The position numbers and the translations under genes are program-made. Below are positions 50,580-58,824 of a DNA stretch of 64,000 bases, in pieces. This stretch comes from an uncultured Acidobacteriota bacterium. Lineage in GTDB: Bacteria; Acidobacteriota; JAQAZP01. Each line of letters starts with the position of its first letter. Position 1 is the stretch's first letter. Where the stretch lies: the NCBI GenBank assembly GCA_963836075.1, contig CAWIIB010000001.1, positions 96,001 to 160,000 on the forward strand, given 5' to 3'. The notes beneath the pieces are model-generated. The model ran no database searches, was not told where the DNA came from, and worked only from the letters and a program-made list of their open reading frames with translations.

Positions 50580-50756
50580 CCTTCTCCGGCCTCCCCTGCG
50601 GTCCCCCACACCTGCCGGCGAGGATTCTAGAGCCCCCGGACACCCAAGTCAAACCGCTGCCGCTGTCCGGAACAGAGGTCAGCATGGTGAAGATTGCGCA
50701 CGCCCCGCACCACGCCGGGAGCCGCTTTTTCGCGGCAGAGACGGTTCTCCGGGATA

Positions 50757-50772
50757 TGGCACGAATATTGAT
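50757..50772 (+). promoter_or_regulatory. possible sigma54 promoter
   Basis: TGGCACG-AATA-TTGAT versus consensus TGGCACG-N4-TTGCW (one mismatch at -12), about 60 nt upstream of the PEGA gene. Confidence 0.4.
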
Positions 50773-50834
50773 ATACAATCAGAGAAGAGTTGTGGGAGAT
50801 CAACGGCCGGGCAGCGGGCAAGGAGGAGCGATCA

Positions 50835-51692
50835 ATGAACCGGAGCACCAGACCAACCTGGGGGAGCAGTGCGCCGCTGCTGACCCTGTTTCTGCTCGCC
50901 GCTGCCTGCTGCGCTGGAAGCGCTGGGGCGCGGGCCGGCGTGATCACCGTTGGGGTGGGCCACGATGTTGCCATGGCTGACGGTGTGGTGTATGTCTCGT
51001 CGGAGCACCCCCCCGAGGGTATTGACGCGGTTCTGGGGTACCCGGCCTGGGGCTACCGTTTCCATCCCAGCTACGCCATGGTGGATTGCGACGTCGATCC
51101 TGAGGAAGCCCTGGTCATCCTCGACGGAGAGGTGCTGGGCGAGGCCGATGACTACGATGGTTTTCCTGCCTACCTCTATATCAGGCCCGGGCGGCATGAA
51201 CTGCAATTCAAGGCCGATGGACTTCAGACACTGGTGCTCAGCGGTGCGTTCCTCTCCGGAGCGTTTATCCGCGTGGACCGGGAACTGGGGGCCGGAGGCG
51301 AACCGATGATGGTGGCCCTGGGTGAGCCGGTGGAGGTCAGCGGTGAGGAGCAGCCGCTCTACCAGCCCCCGGTGCTCCCCCCGGACGACGGTCCGGCCGG
51401 GCCGCCGGCTCCCCAAGGGGCAGCGCTACCCGAGGATCAGGCTGGCCGGGACGGTTTTCTCAAGCTCCAGGTCAGCCCGGCCGATGCGGCGGTCTATATC
51501 GATGACCGGTTCTTCGGCTCCGGGGACGAAATCTCGCGGCTTCACGGGTTTATCCGCCTGCCCCCCGGAGAGCATTCCATCCAGGTGATCCGGCCGGGAT
51601 ACCAGGCCCGGACCTTGCCGGTGAGCATGGTGCCCGGGGAGAAACAGAACCTGGATGTCTGGCTGGAACGTGAGGTGTCACCCGAGGACTGA
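50835..51692 (+). CDS. secreted PEGA-domain protein
   Basis: Signal peptide; two PEGA-like units (VDPEEALVILDG, VSPADAAVYIDD...LPPGEHSIQVIRPGY); AAGGAGG RBS. Confidence 0.8.
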   Translation: MNRSTRPTWGSSAPLLTLFLLAAACCAGSAGARAGVITVGVGHDVAMADGVVYVSSEHPPEGIDAVLGYPAWGYRFHPSYAMVDCDVDPEEALVILDGEVLGEADDYDGFPAYLYIRPGRHELQFKADGLQTLVLSGAFLSGAFIRVDRELGAGGEPMMVALGEPVEVSGEEQPLYQPPVLPPDDGPAGPPAPQGAALPEDQAGRDGFLKLQVSPADAAVYIDDRFFGSGDEISRLHGFIRLPPGEHSIQVIRPGYQARTLPVSMVPGEKQNLDVWLEREVSPED

Positions 51693-51721
51693 TTGAAACC
51701 CCGACCACGCTGTGATATAAC
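51693..51721 (+). promoter_or_regulatory. sigma70-type promoter of der
   Basis: TTGAAA-17 bp-TATAAC with TGn extension. Confidence 0.55.
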
Positions 51722-51811
51722 GTACAAAATTCATGGAATGAATAAGATCGGGCGAGCTCCAATGCTCGCCCGCGTGTTTGCCGGGGGGAACTCCGGCTGG
51801 GGGAGATCTTC

Positions 51812-53152
51812 ATGCGTCAGCCACCCCTGGTGGCCATTGTCGGCCGGCCGAATGTTGGAAAGTCGAGACTGTTCAACCGCTTCTGCGGCTACCGCAAAGC
51901 CCTGGTACACGATCGTCCGGGTCTGACCAGGGACCGCAAATACGGTTCCGTCCTGTGTGACGAACGCCGTTTCAATGTTGTGGACACCGGCGGGCTGCTG
52001 GGTGTGAATGAGGGGCGGATCCTGGAGAAGGGGATAGGCCAGCAGGCCTTTGCCGCCATCGACGAGGCCCAGCTGATCCTGTTCGTGGTTGATGCCCGGG
52101 CCGGACTGACCCCGCTGGACCAGGAACTGGGTACGGCTCTGCGCCAGCGCCGGAAGCCGGTGATCCTGGTGGTGAACAAGGTGGACGATCCCAATCAGGA
52201 ATCCGGGGCCGCCGAGTTCCACCAGCTCGGTTTCGACCCGGTGGTCTGCACCTCGGCCGAGCACGGCCTCGGGTTTCAGGTCCTCCACGAGGCGATATTT
52301 TCGTTCATCGCCGATCTCTGCCCTGCCGATACGGAAAGCGAGGAGGATATCCAGCTGGCCATCGTCGGCCGTCCCAATGCCGGCAAATCGACACTGGTCA
52401 ACCGGATCCTCGGAGAGGACCGTGTGCTGGTCAGTTCCATCCCCGGCACCACGCGGGACTCGGTGGACGTGACCATGTCTTTCCGTGGCCGGCAGGTCAC
52501 GCTGGTGGATACGGCCGGCATACGGAAGAAGGCGCGGGTCAGCGGGGCCGAGGAAAAACTGAGTGTGAGCATGGCCATCAAGCAGATCGAGCGGTCTGCC
52601 GTGGTCATCCTGCTCCTCGACGCCACGGCCGGCATCGGGGCCCAGGATGCCGCCATCGCCGGTCACGTGGCCAAGTCGGGCCGGGGCGTAATCGTGGCGG
52701 TGAACAAGTGGGACCTGATGGACGATCGCAGCCACCAGGGGGCTCTGGAGCTGGTTCGCCAGATGAAGATGCGCCTGCGTTTTCTGGAGTACGCCCAGGT
52801 GATCCTGGTCTCGGCGCTGGAGGGGACCAGGGTGGTGAAACTGCTGGACCAGGCCCTGGCCATCGAGGAACGGTGGCGGGCCAGGGTGTCCACCAGCCGG
52901 CTGAACAGCCTGCTGGAGCAGTGGGTGGGGGAGACGCCGCCGCCGCGGCACAAGGGGCGGGCAGTGAAGATTTACTATGGGACCCAGGTCGCTTCGCGGC
53001 CACCGGTGTTCAAGCTCTTTGTCAATAGCGGGGCAAAGCTCTACTTTTCGTATGAGCGGTTCCTGGTGAACAGGATCAGGGAGGCGTTCGATTTCGAGGG
53101 GGTACCGATCAGGCTGGTGACGGCAGAGCGGAAACAGCGGCGCGCCAGGTAG
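51812..53152 (+). CDS. der: ribosome biogenesis GTPase Der (EngA)
   Basis: Two G domains (GRPNVGKS/DTGG/NKVD; GRPNAGKS/DTAG/NKWD) and a KH-like C-terminus. Confidence 0.96.
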   Translation: MRQPPLVAIVGRPNVGKSRLFNRFCGYRKALVHDRPGLTRDRKYGSVLCDERRFNVVDTGGLLGVNEGRILEKGIGQQAFAAIDEAQLILFVVDARAGLTPLDQELGTALRQRRKPVILVVNKVDDPNQESGAAEFHQLGFDPVVCTSAEHGLGFQVLHEAIFSFIADLCPADTESEEDIQLAIVGRPNAGKSTLVNRILGEDRVLVSSIPGTTRDSVDVTMSFRGRQVTLVDTAGIRKKARVSGAEEKLSVSMAIKQIERSAVVILLLDATAGIGAQDAAIAGHVAKSGRGVIVAVNKWDLMDDRSHQGALELVRQMKMRLRFLEYAQVILVSALEGTRVVKLLDQALAIEERWRARVSTSRLNSLLEQWVGETPPPRHKGRAVKIYYGTQVASRPPVFKLFVNSGAKLYFSYERFLVNRIREAFDFEGVPIRLVTAERKQRRAR

Positions 53153-53216
53153 CAGGAGCGCGCTCCGGCTTTGAATCGGCAGCAACAGTGCGCCGGGACC
53201 TGGAGAGGCGGAACAG

Positions 53217-54548
53217 ATGGTATTGTTCAACTACACGACGAAAGAGATCACGGCCAAGATCGTCTACTACGGTCCGGGGTTGGGGGGCAAGACCACCAAC
53301 CTGCAGTCGATCTACGAAGATCTTCCCCCGGAGATGAAGGGGAAGATGCTGTCACTGGCCACCAAGAGTGACCGGACCCTCTTCTTCGACTTTCTCCCCA
53401 TCGATCTGGGGAGCATCGGAGGGATGAAGGTCCGGGTGCAGCTCTACACGGTTCCCGGGCAGGTCTACTACAACTCCACCCGGAAACTGGTACTCAAGGG
53501 TGCTGACGGGGTGGTCTTTGTGGCTGATTCGCAAAAGGCGATGGCCGAGGCCAACAAGGAGAGTCTGGACAACCTCTACCAGAACCTGGCCGAGCAGAAT
53601 GTGAAGCTCAATGACATCTGTCTCGCCCTGCAATACAACAAACGGGACCTGGGCAGCGTATTGCCGGTGGAGGAGATGGGACAGCAGTTGAACCGTGGCG
53701 GCTGGCCGGTGTTCGAGGCGGTGGCCACCCAGGGCATCGGTGTCCAGGAAACCCTGCGGGAGATGCTGAAACTGGTGGTGCTCTCGCTGAAGGAAAAATA
53801 CGATTTCAGTGTGGCGGATTCGGCCCTGCTGGAGGAACTGGACCAGGCCGGCCAGGCGCTCAAGGGCAGCACCGCCTCCACTGATGAGCCGCAGCCAGCC
53901 GTGGAGGAGACACCGGCTGTGGAATCAGCCATCACCGCCCCGCTGGCGGTGCCGCAGGCCGGCGCCGAACCGGATGGCTCGGATCATCAACCGGCCCACT
54001 CGCTCTCAGCTGATCAGCACCTTTCCGATGGGGAGGATTCCGTGGCCGGGGACAACATGCTGGAGCTTGGCGGTCCCTCCGGTATTTTTTCCGACAGCGT
54101 GGTTCCGGAGCTCGATTTATTCGAGCTGGACGACGAGTTCCTCGACACCGGGGACGACGAGCCCGGTGCTTTCAGAGGTGCCGTGGAGGATCCCTTTGGC
54201 GACGAGTCGGTGCTGGTGATCGACGAGGAGGCCCCTGACGCAGAGTTCACGGACGGCGGATCCGGGGCCGCCGCCGCCGTGGCACAGGCCAAGGCCGCGG
54301 CGGCCGGCAAGACGGCGGTGGTGACGGCCGAAGCTGAAGATCCCTTCGACCTGCTGGAACCGGCTGAGTCACCGGAGCCCGCGACGGCCGATCAGACGGT
54401 GAGCCGTGCCGATCCGCTGGTGCTGGAACTGACCGTTCCCCAAGGGGCTGAAGAGGGAGAGGTTACGGTGCCGCTGACCATCCGGCTGAATCACATGGGG
54501 CAGCCTCTGGAACTCCAGCTCTCGCTCTCCCTGCGCCTGAAAGGGTGA
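53217..54548 (+). CDS. MglA-family small GTPase with long acidic C-terminal extension
   Basis: KIVYYGPGLGGKTTNL, RTLFFDFLP, LYTVPGQVYY, KGADGVVFVADS, QYNKRDL. Confidence 0.88.
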   Translation: MVLFNYTTKEITAKIVYYGPGLGGKTTNLQSIYEDLPPEMKGKMLSLATKSDRTLFFDFLPIDLGSIGGMKVRVQLYTVPGQVYYNSTRKLVLKGADGVVFVADSQKAMAEANKESLDNLYQNLAEQNVKLNDICLALQYNKRDLGSVLPVEEMGQQLNRGGWPVFEAVATQGIGVQETLREMLKLVVLSLKEKYDFSVADSALLEELDQAGQALKGSTASTDEPQPAVEETPAVESAITAPLAVPQAGAEPDGSDHQPAHSLSADQHLSDGEDSVAGDNMLELGGPSGIFSDSVVPELDLFELDDEFLDTGDDEPGAFRGAVEDPFGDESVLVIDEEAPDAEFTDGGSGAAAAVAQAKAAAAGKTAVVTAEAEDPFDLLEPAESPEPATADQTVSRADPLVLELTVPQGAEEGEVTVPLTIRLNHMGQPLELQLSLSLRLKG

Positions 54549-54573
54549 AACCCGTCCTGAATTCGGAGAGAGG

Positions 54574-54603
54574 AAGCCGCGGTGTCCGGGTGCCGCGGCT
54601 TTT
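54574..54603 (+). terminator. intrinsic terminator
   Basis: AAGCCGCGG...CCGCGGCTT followed by TT. Confidence 0.55.
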
Positions 54604-54633
54604 CCCTGTACTGCCCGCGCGTTGCGGCGGCGA

Positions 54634-54663
54634 TTGACAGGGCGGAGCGCAAAAAGGTACCAT
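54634..54663 (+). promoter_or_regulatory. sigma70-type promoter of merR/tRNA-Pro
   Basis: TTGACA-18 bp-TACCAT. Confidence 0.6.
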
Positions 54664-54742
54664 CAAAACGATTAACGATCAACATTCCGTGACCTGAGGT
54701 CAGGTTGCCGGCGGGCGGGGAGAGCCGTGCCGCCCCCGGTCC

Positions 54743-55450
54743 TTGCCGGAAGAGATCCAAGTGGAACCAGACTCCATGCTGCCGTTCGAGGACGAGAATG
54801 CCGTGAAGGAACCGGACCTTCCCCTGCCCGATGGGAAGATGAGCTTCACGCCTGAAGAGCTCTATCGATACACCAGGATCAAGCCGTTTGTGCTCCGGTT
54901 CTGGGAGTCTGAATTTCCATCACTCAAACCACAGCAGACGGGATCCGAGGGGCCGGCATACAGCCGTGCGGACGTGGAGATGATTCTGGTGATCAAGAAC
55001 CTGCTCTATGTAGAGGGGCTGACCCTTGTCGGGGCGCGTTGCCGGATCTCCGGGGAAGAGGAAGCGCCGCCGGCGAAGAAGGAGCACAAGGCCGCCAGAA
55101 AGAAAACGAAGACCCCGAAAAAATCGCCACCATCCGGTTCCTCCCCATCCGGGGCGGCGGTTGGGGCAGCCAAGGGCCCGGTCAAGCGCGGCCTGCCCGC
55201 GGATGGGGCGTCCCGCTCGCGGGTCTCCCTCGAGGAACTGCTGCCGGGCAACGCCGCTTCGGCTGGAGCGCCCGCCGCTGGCCCGCCGGGAAAAGGGAAG
55301 AAAGCGCCCGCCAAAAAGGAGGTTGCTCCGGCAACCGGTTCGCCGGCGGTGGACGCCGATACCGCGGCCCCGGCACTGCGCCGCAAGCTGTCCGCCGTGC
55401 TTCAGGAATTGCGCGAGATGTTGACTTTCCTCCACAAGGGTGATAGATAA
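54743..55450 (+). CDS. MerR-family HTH regulator (type usually found after ihfA); start uncertain
   Basis: LPDGKMSF, KPFVLRFWESEFPSLKP, IKNLLYVEGLTLVGAR; precedes tRNA-Pro-surE-pcm. Confidence 0.8.
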   Translation: MPEEIQVEPDSMLPFEDENAVKEPDLPLPDGKMSFTPEELYRYTRIKPFVLRFWESEFPSLKPQQTGSEGPAYSRADVEMILVIKNLLYVEGLTLVGARCRISGEEEAPPAKKEHKAARKKTKTPKKSPPSGSSPSGAAVGAAKGPVKRGLPADGASRSRVSLEELLPGNAASAGAPAAGPPGKGKKAPAKKEVAPATGSPAVDADTAAPALRRKLSAVLQELREMLTFLHKGDR

Positions 55451-55475
55451 TCTTCTTCTGTTGGCTGATCCATGT

Positions 55476-55552
55476 CGGGACGTAGCGCAGCCTGGTAGCG
55501 CACCGGTCTGGGGGACCGGTGGTCGGAGGTTCAAATCCTCTCGTCCCGACCA
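55476..55552 (+). tRNA. tRNA-Pro(GGG)
   Basis: 77 nt cloverleaf CGGGACG...CGTCCCG ACCA, anticodon loop CT-GGG-GG, T loop GGTTCAAATCC. Confidence 0.96.
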
Positions 55553-55588
55553 TTTTTTCTGCCATCACGGAAGCCGCAGCAGTGAACG

Positions 55589-55620
55589 ACTAGCGCCCTC
55601 AGGGCCGCTAGTTTTTTTTT
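55589..55620 (+). terminator. intrinsic terminator after tRNA-Pro
   Basis: ACTAGCG...CGCTAGT hairpin followed by T9. Confidence 0.75.
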
Positions 55621-55630
55621 GAGCGTTGCC

Positions 55631-56410
55631 TTGAATATTCTACTGACCAATGATGATGGTATTCTGGCCGAAGGCCTGCAGGTCCTGCGTCAGACCCTGC
55701 TGCAGCGCGGGCACCAGGTTGAGGTGGCGGCCCCGGACCGCGAGCGCAGCGCCGCCAGCCAGTCGCTGACCATCACCCGCCCGCTGCGGGTCAGGACCCT
55801 GGAACCCGGGATCCATTCCATCGACGGGACTCCTGCCGACTGCGTCCACCTGGGCGTGCTCAACCTGGTGACGGTTCGTCCCGACCTGGTCATTTCGGGG
55901 ATCAACTGGGGGCTGAACGTGGGGGACAACATCTTCTATTCCGGCACCGTGGCTGCTGCCGCTGAAGCGCTGCACCTCGGTCTGCCGGCGCTGGCCATTT
56001 CCCGCCAGCGGTGGGAAGAGGGTGACATCCACCTCTCCGGCGCCGCCGACTACACCGCCAGTCTTGCCGAGTGGTGGTGCCGGCAGTCGCCCTGGCGGGA
56101 GAGCTGCCTGCTCAACGTCAACTTCCCCCTCGGCCCCTGCGGCCGCGCCCGGTTTACGGTCCAGGGGAAACGGACCTCGCACACCCCGGCACAATCGGAT
56201 ACCGACCCCATGGGCCGTTCCTACTACTGGGCCTGGTCCAACGACGATGGGCTGCTCCCCGACCCCGGCGCCGATTTCCAGTCCGTGGCCGAGGGGCTGG
56301 TATCCTTGACTCCGCTGGCCATCGAACGCACCCATCTCGACGCCCTGCAGGCCCTCCGCCGATCACCGCTGCCCGATGCGCCAGCGGGGGAGGGTCCCGA
56401 TGCTCAGTGA
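55631..56410 (+). CDS. surE: 5'/3'-nucleotidase SurE
   Basis: ILLTNDDG, APDRERSAAS, DGTPADCV, SGINWGLNVG, YSGTVAAA. Confidence 0.95.
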   Translation: MNILLTNDDGILAEGLQVLRQTLLQRGHQVEVAAPDRERSAASQSLTITRPLRVRTLEPGIHSIDGTPADCVHLGVLNLVTVRPDLVISGINWGLNVGDNIFYSGTVAAAAEALHLGLPALAISRQRWEEGDIHLSGAADYTASLAEWWCRQSPWRESCLLNVNFPLGPCGRARFTVQGKRTSHTPAQSDTDPMGRSYYWAWSNDDGLLPDPGADFQSVAEGLVSLTPLAIERTHLDALQALRRSPLPDAPAGEGPDAQ

Positions 56411-57059
56411 GAGCCGGACGGATTTCATCAACCGGCGCACCTCCATGGTCCGTAAATATCTGCTGGGGCGTGACATCCGCGACCAGCGGGTGCTGGACGC
56501 CTTTCTCAAGGTGCCGCGGCACCGCTTTCTTGACCGGGCAATGTGGAAGGAGGCCTACGGCGACCACCCGCTGCCCATCGGGAACCAGCAGACCATCTCC
56601 CAGCCCTACATCGTGGCCAAGATGCTGCAGGAACTGGCGCTTCTCCCGGAGCACAAGGTCCTGGAAATCGGCGCCGGTTCGGGATACCAGACGGCCCTGC
56701 TGGCCATGCTGGTGCGCCAGGTCTATGCCATCGAACGGATCGCCGACCTGGCCCGTGGCGCCCAGGCGGCACTGTCCCACCTGGGGGTGCTCAACGCCAC
56801 GGTGAAGGTGTTCGACGGAACCTACGGCTGGTCGGAGATGGCGCCATTCGACAGGATCATCGTCTCCGCTGCGGCGCCCCGGGTTCCGGAACCGTTGACC
56901 ACCCAGCTGGCGCCGGGAGGCCGGTTGCTGGTCCCGGTGGGCGATGCCTGTTCCCAAACCCTGAAACTGGTAACCCGCACCGCCGCCGGCGCGCTGGTGG
57001 AGACCGATCTTGACGGTTGTGTCTTCGTCAAGCTGGTGGGCCGCTACGGTTGGAAATGA
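56400..57059 (+). CDS. pcm: protein-L-isoaspartate O-methyltransferase
   Basis: VPRHRF, QTISQPYIVA, VLEIGAGSGYQ, APFDRIIV, FVKLVG. Confidence 0.95.
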   Translation: MLSESRTDFINRRTSMVRKYLLGRDIRDQRVLDAFLKVPRHRFLDRAMWKEAYGDHPLPIGNQQTISQPYIVAKMLQELALLPEHKVLEIGAGSGYQTALLAMLVRQVYAIERIADLARGAQAALSHLGVLNATVKVFDGTYGWSEMAPFDRIIVSAAAPRVPEPLTTQLAPGGRLLVPVGDACSQTLKLVTRTAAGALVETDLDGCVFVKLVGRYGWK

Positions 57060-57090
57060 GCGGAAGGGGACCGGAGGAAAGGACGCGATA

Positions 57091-58077
57091 TTGAGCTATG
57101 TCATTCAGCTGGTAAAGGGATTTCTCATTGGGATCGCCAATATCATCCCCGGAGTGAGCGGAGGCACCTTCGCATTGATTCTGGGGATCTTTGACCGGCT
57201 GGTCCAGGCGATCAAGTCTTTCGATCTGGCGTTTATCCGCAATCTGTCCGGAGCGCTGATCCGGCCCTTCGACACCCGGTCGCGGCAGACTATCGCGGCC
57301 GAGTGGAAACGAACGGATGCAACCTTCCTGATCTTCATCGGGCTCGGGGCGATGGCGGCCCTGGTCTCATGCGCCTGGATCTTTGACTACCTGCTGCGCG
57401 AGCATCCAGGGGTAACCCTTGCCTTCTTCATTGGTCTGATTATTCCTTCCATTGCCGTACCATACAAGATGATGAAACGCCGCGGTCCCGCGCAGTTGTT
57501 CTGGATCATCCCCGGAGCGGTGCTCACCGTCTGGATCTCCCTTCTGGAGATAGGCGTCGATTCGGGCGAACCGGGCTTCGTCATTGTGGTTCTGGGGGGC
57601 ATGATGGCCATATCGGCGATGATTCTCCCGGGAGTTTCCGGATCGTTCTGCCTCCTGATCCTTGGTCTCTACCAGCCCACGCTTTCGCACATCAAAACGA
57701 TGACCCTCAACCCGGGGATGGAATCGATGATCTTTCTCGGCACCCTGGGGCTGGGCATTGTCATCGGGCTTGTGCTCTTCTCCAGGATCATGTCGTTCCT
57801 GCTCACACGGTATCGCTCCGCCACCCTGGCTTTTCTTATCGGTCTCATCATCGGTTCGTTCTGGATCCTCTGGCCGATCAAAGATTTCGGGGCCGGAACG
57901 GTGGTCACCGATTCGAAGGGGGAGGAGAAGAAGGAGATTGCCATCGCCACGGCTCCGAACAGGCTTCCCGGAGGCGAGGCCGGTGACTTCCTGCTCTGCG
58001 GAAAATGCGGCCTGGCGCTGCTCATCGGGCTCGGTGGCGCTTCCGGAGTAAGCCGCCTGGGAAAAATGAAGAGCTGA
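57091..58077 (+). CDS. DUF368 family membrane protein (undecaprenyl-phosphate translocase, PopT-like)
   Basis: KGFLIGIANIIPGVSGGTFALILGI and AISAMILPGVSGS repeats; start approximate. Confidence 0.9.
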   Translation: MSYVIQLVKGFLIGIANIIPGVSGGTFALILGIFDRLVQAIKSFDLAFIRNLSGALIRPFDTRSRQTIAAEWKRTDATFLIFIGLGAMAALVSCAWIFDYLLREHPGVTLAFFIGLIIPSIAVPYKMMKRRGPAQLFWIIPGAVLTVWISLLEIGVDSGEPGFVIVVLGGMMAISAMILPGVSGSFCLLILGLYQPTLSHIKTMTLNPGMESMIFLGTLGLGIVIGLVLFSRIMSFLLTRYRSATLAFLIGLIIGSFWILWPIKDFGAGTVVTDSKGEEKKEIAIATAPNRLPGGEAGDFLLCGKCGLALLIGLGGASGVSRLGKMKS

Positions 58078-58170
58078 TATACTTTCACTACCGATTGTGG
58101 TATGGTTTCGCGCTGAAACGGACTTGGACGCTGAGTGGTCCCGGTCGTTGCGCCATAGGGATAATAAAAT

Positions 58171-58247
58171 CGGGACGTAGCGCAGTCTGGTAGCGCACCT
58201 GCTTCGGGAGCAGGGGGTCGGAGGTTCAAATCCTCTCGTCCCGACCA
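58171..58247 (+). tRNA. tRNA-Pro(CGG)
   Basis: 77 nt cloverleaf, anticodon arm CCTGC-TT-CGG-GA-GCAGG, CCA end. Confidence 0.96.
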
Positions 58248-58291
58248 CTTTCCCCCTCACCTCAGCTTACCGCATGCAGGAGCCGGTGCCG

Positions 58292-58807
58292 ATGATCGAC
58301 CTCAAGACCAAGATTCGCGACATCCCCGATTTCCCCAAGCCCGGCATCATCTTCAAGGACATCACGCCGTTGCTGGGTGATCCCCGGGCTTTCCAGCAGG
58401 TGATCAACACCCTGGCCGAACGCTACCGTGAACAGCGGGTGGGGGCGGTGATGGGGACCGAATCCCGTGGGTTTATTTTTGGCGCCCCGCTGGCCCTCCA
58501 GCTTTCCGTACCCTTCGTGCCGGTGCGCAAGCCGGGGAAACTTCCCCACAATACCCTGGCCGAATCGTACAAGCTGGAATACGGCACCGATAGCCTCGAG
58601 GTGCACGTGGACGCAGTGAAGCCGGGAACGCCGGTGGTGGTGGTGGACGATCTGCTGGCCACCGGGGGAACCGCCGAAGCCACGGTGAAACTGGCCCGCA
58701 AACTGGGGGCCGAAGTCATCGAGGCGGCCTTTGTCATCGAACTGGAATTTCTCTCCGGGCGTGACAAGCTGGGGAACGTGGACGTCTTCAGCCTCATCCG
58801 CTACTGA
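58292..58807 (+). CDS. apt: adenine phosphoribosyltransferase
   Basis: [41 protein letters not shown]. Confidence 0.96.
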   Translation: MIDLKTKIRDIPDFPKPGIIFKDITPLLGDPRAFQQVINTLAERYREQRVGAVMGTESRGFIFGAPLALQLSVPFVPVRKPGKLPHNTLAESYKLEYGTDSLEVHVDAVKPGTPVVVVDDLLATGGTAEATVKLARKLGAEVIEAAFVIELEFLSGRDKLGNVDVFSLIRY

Positions 58808-58824
58808 CCGCGCCGTCCTACCGC

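Noticed and set aside
55182-55622. Small ORFs overlapping tRNA genes (also 57669-58260 and 60782-61253)
   Set aside because: They are translations of tRNA sequence or antisense frames.
55476-58247. Two tRNA-Pro genes sharing an identical 3' half, resembling attL/attR of an integrated element
   Set aside because: Both are complete tRNAs with different anticodons, the enclosed genes are housekeeping, and there is no integrase.
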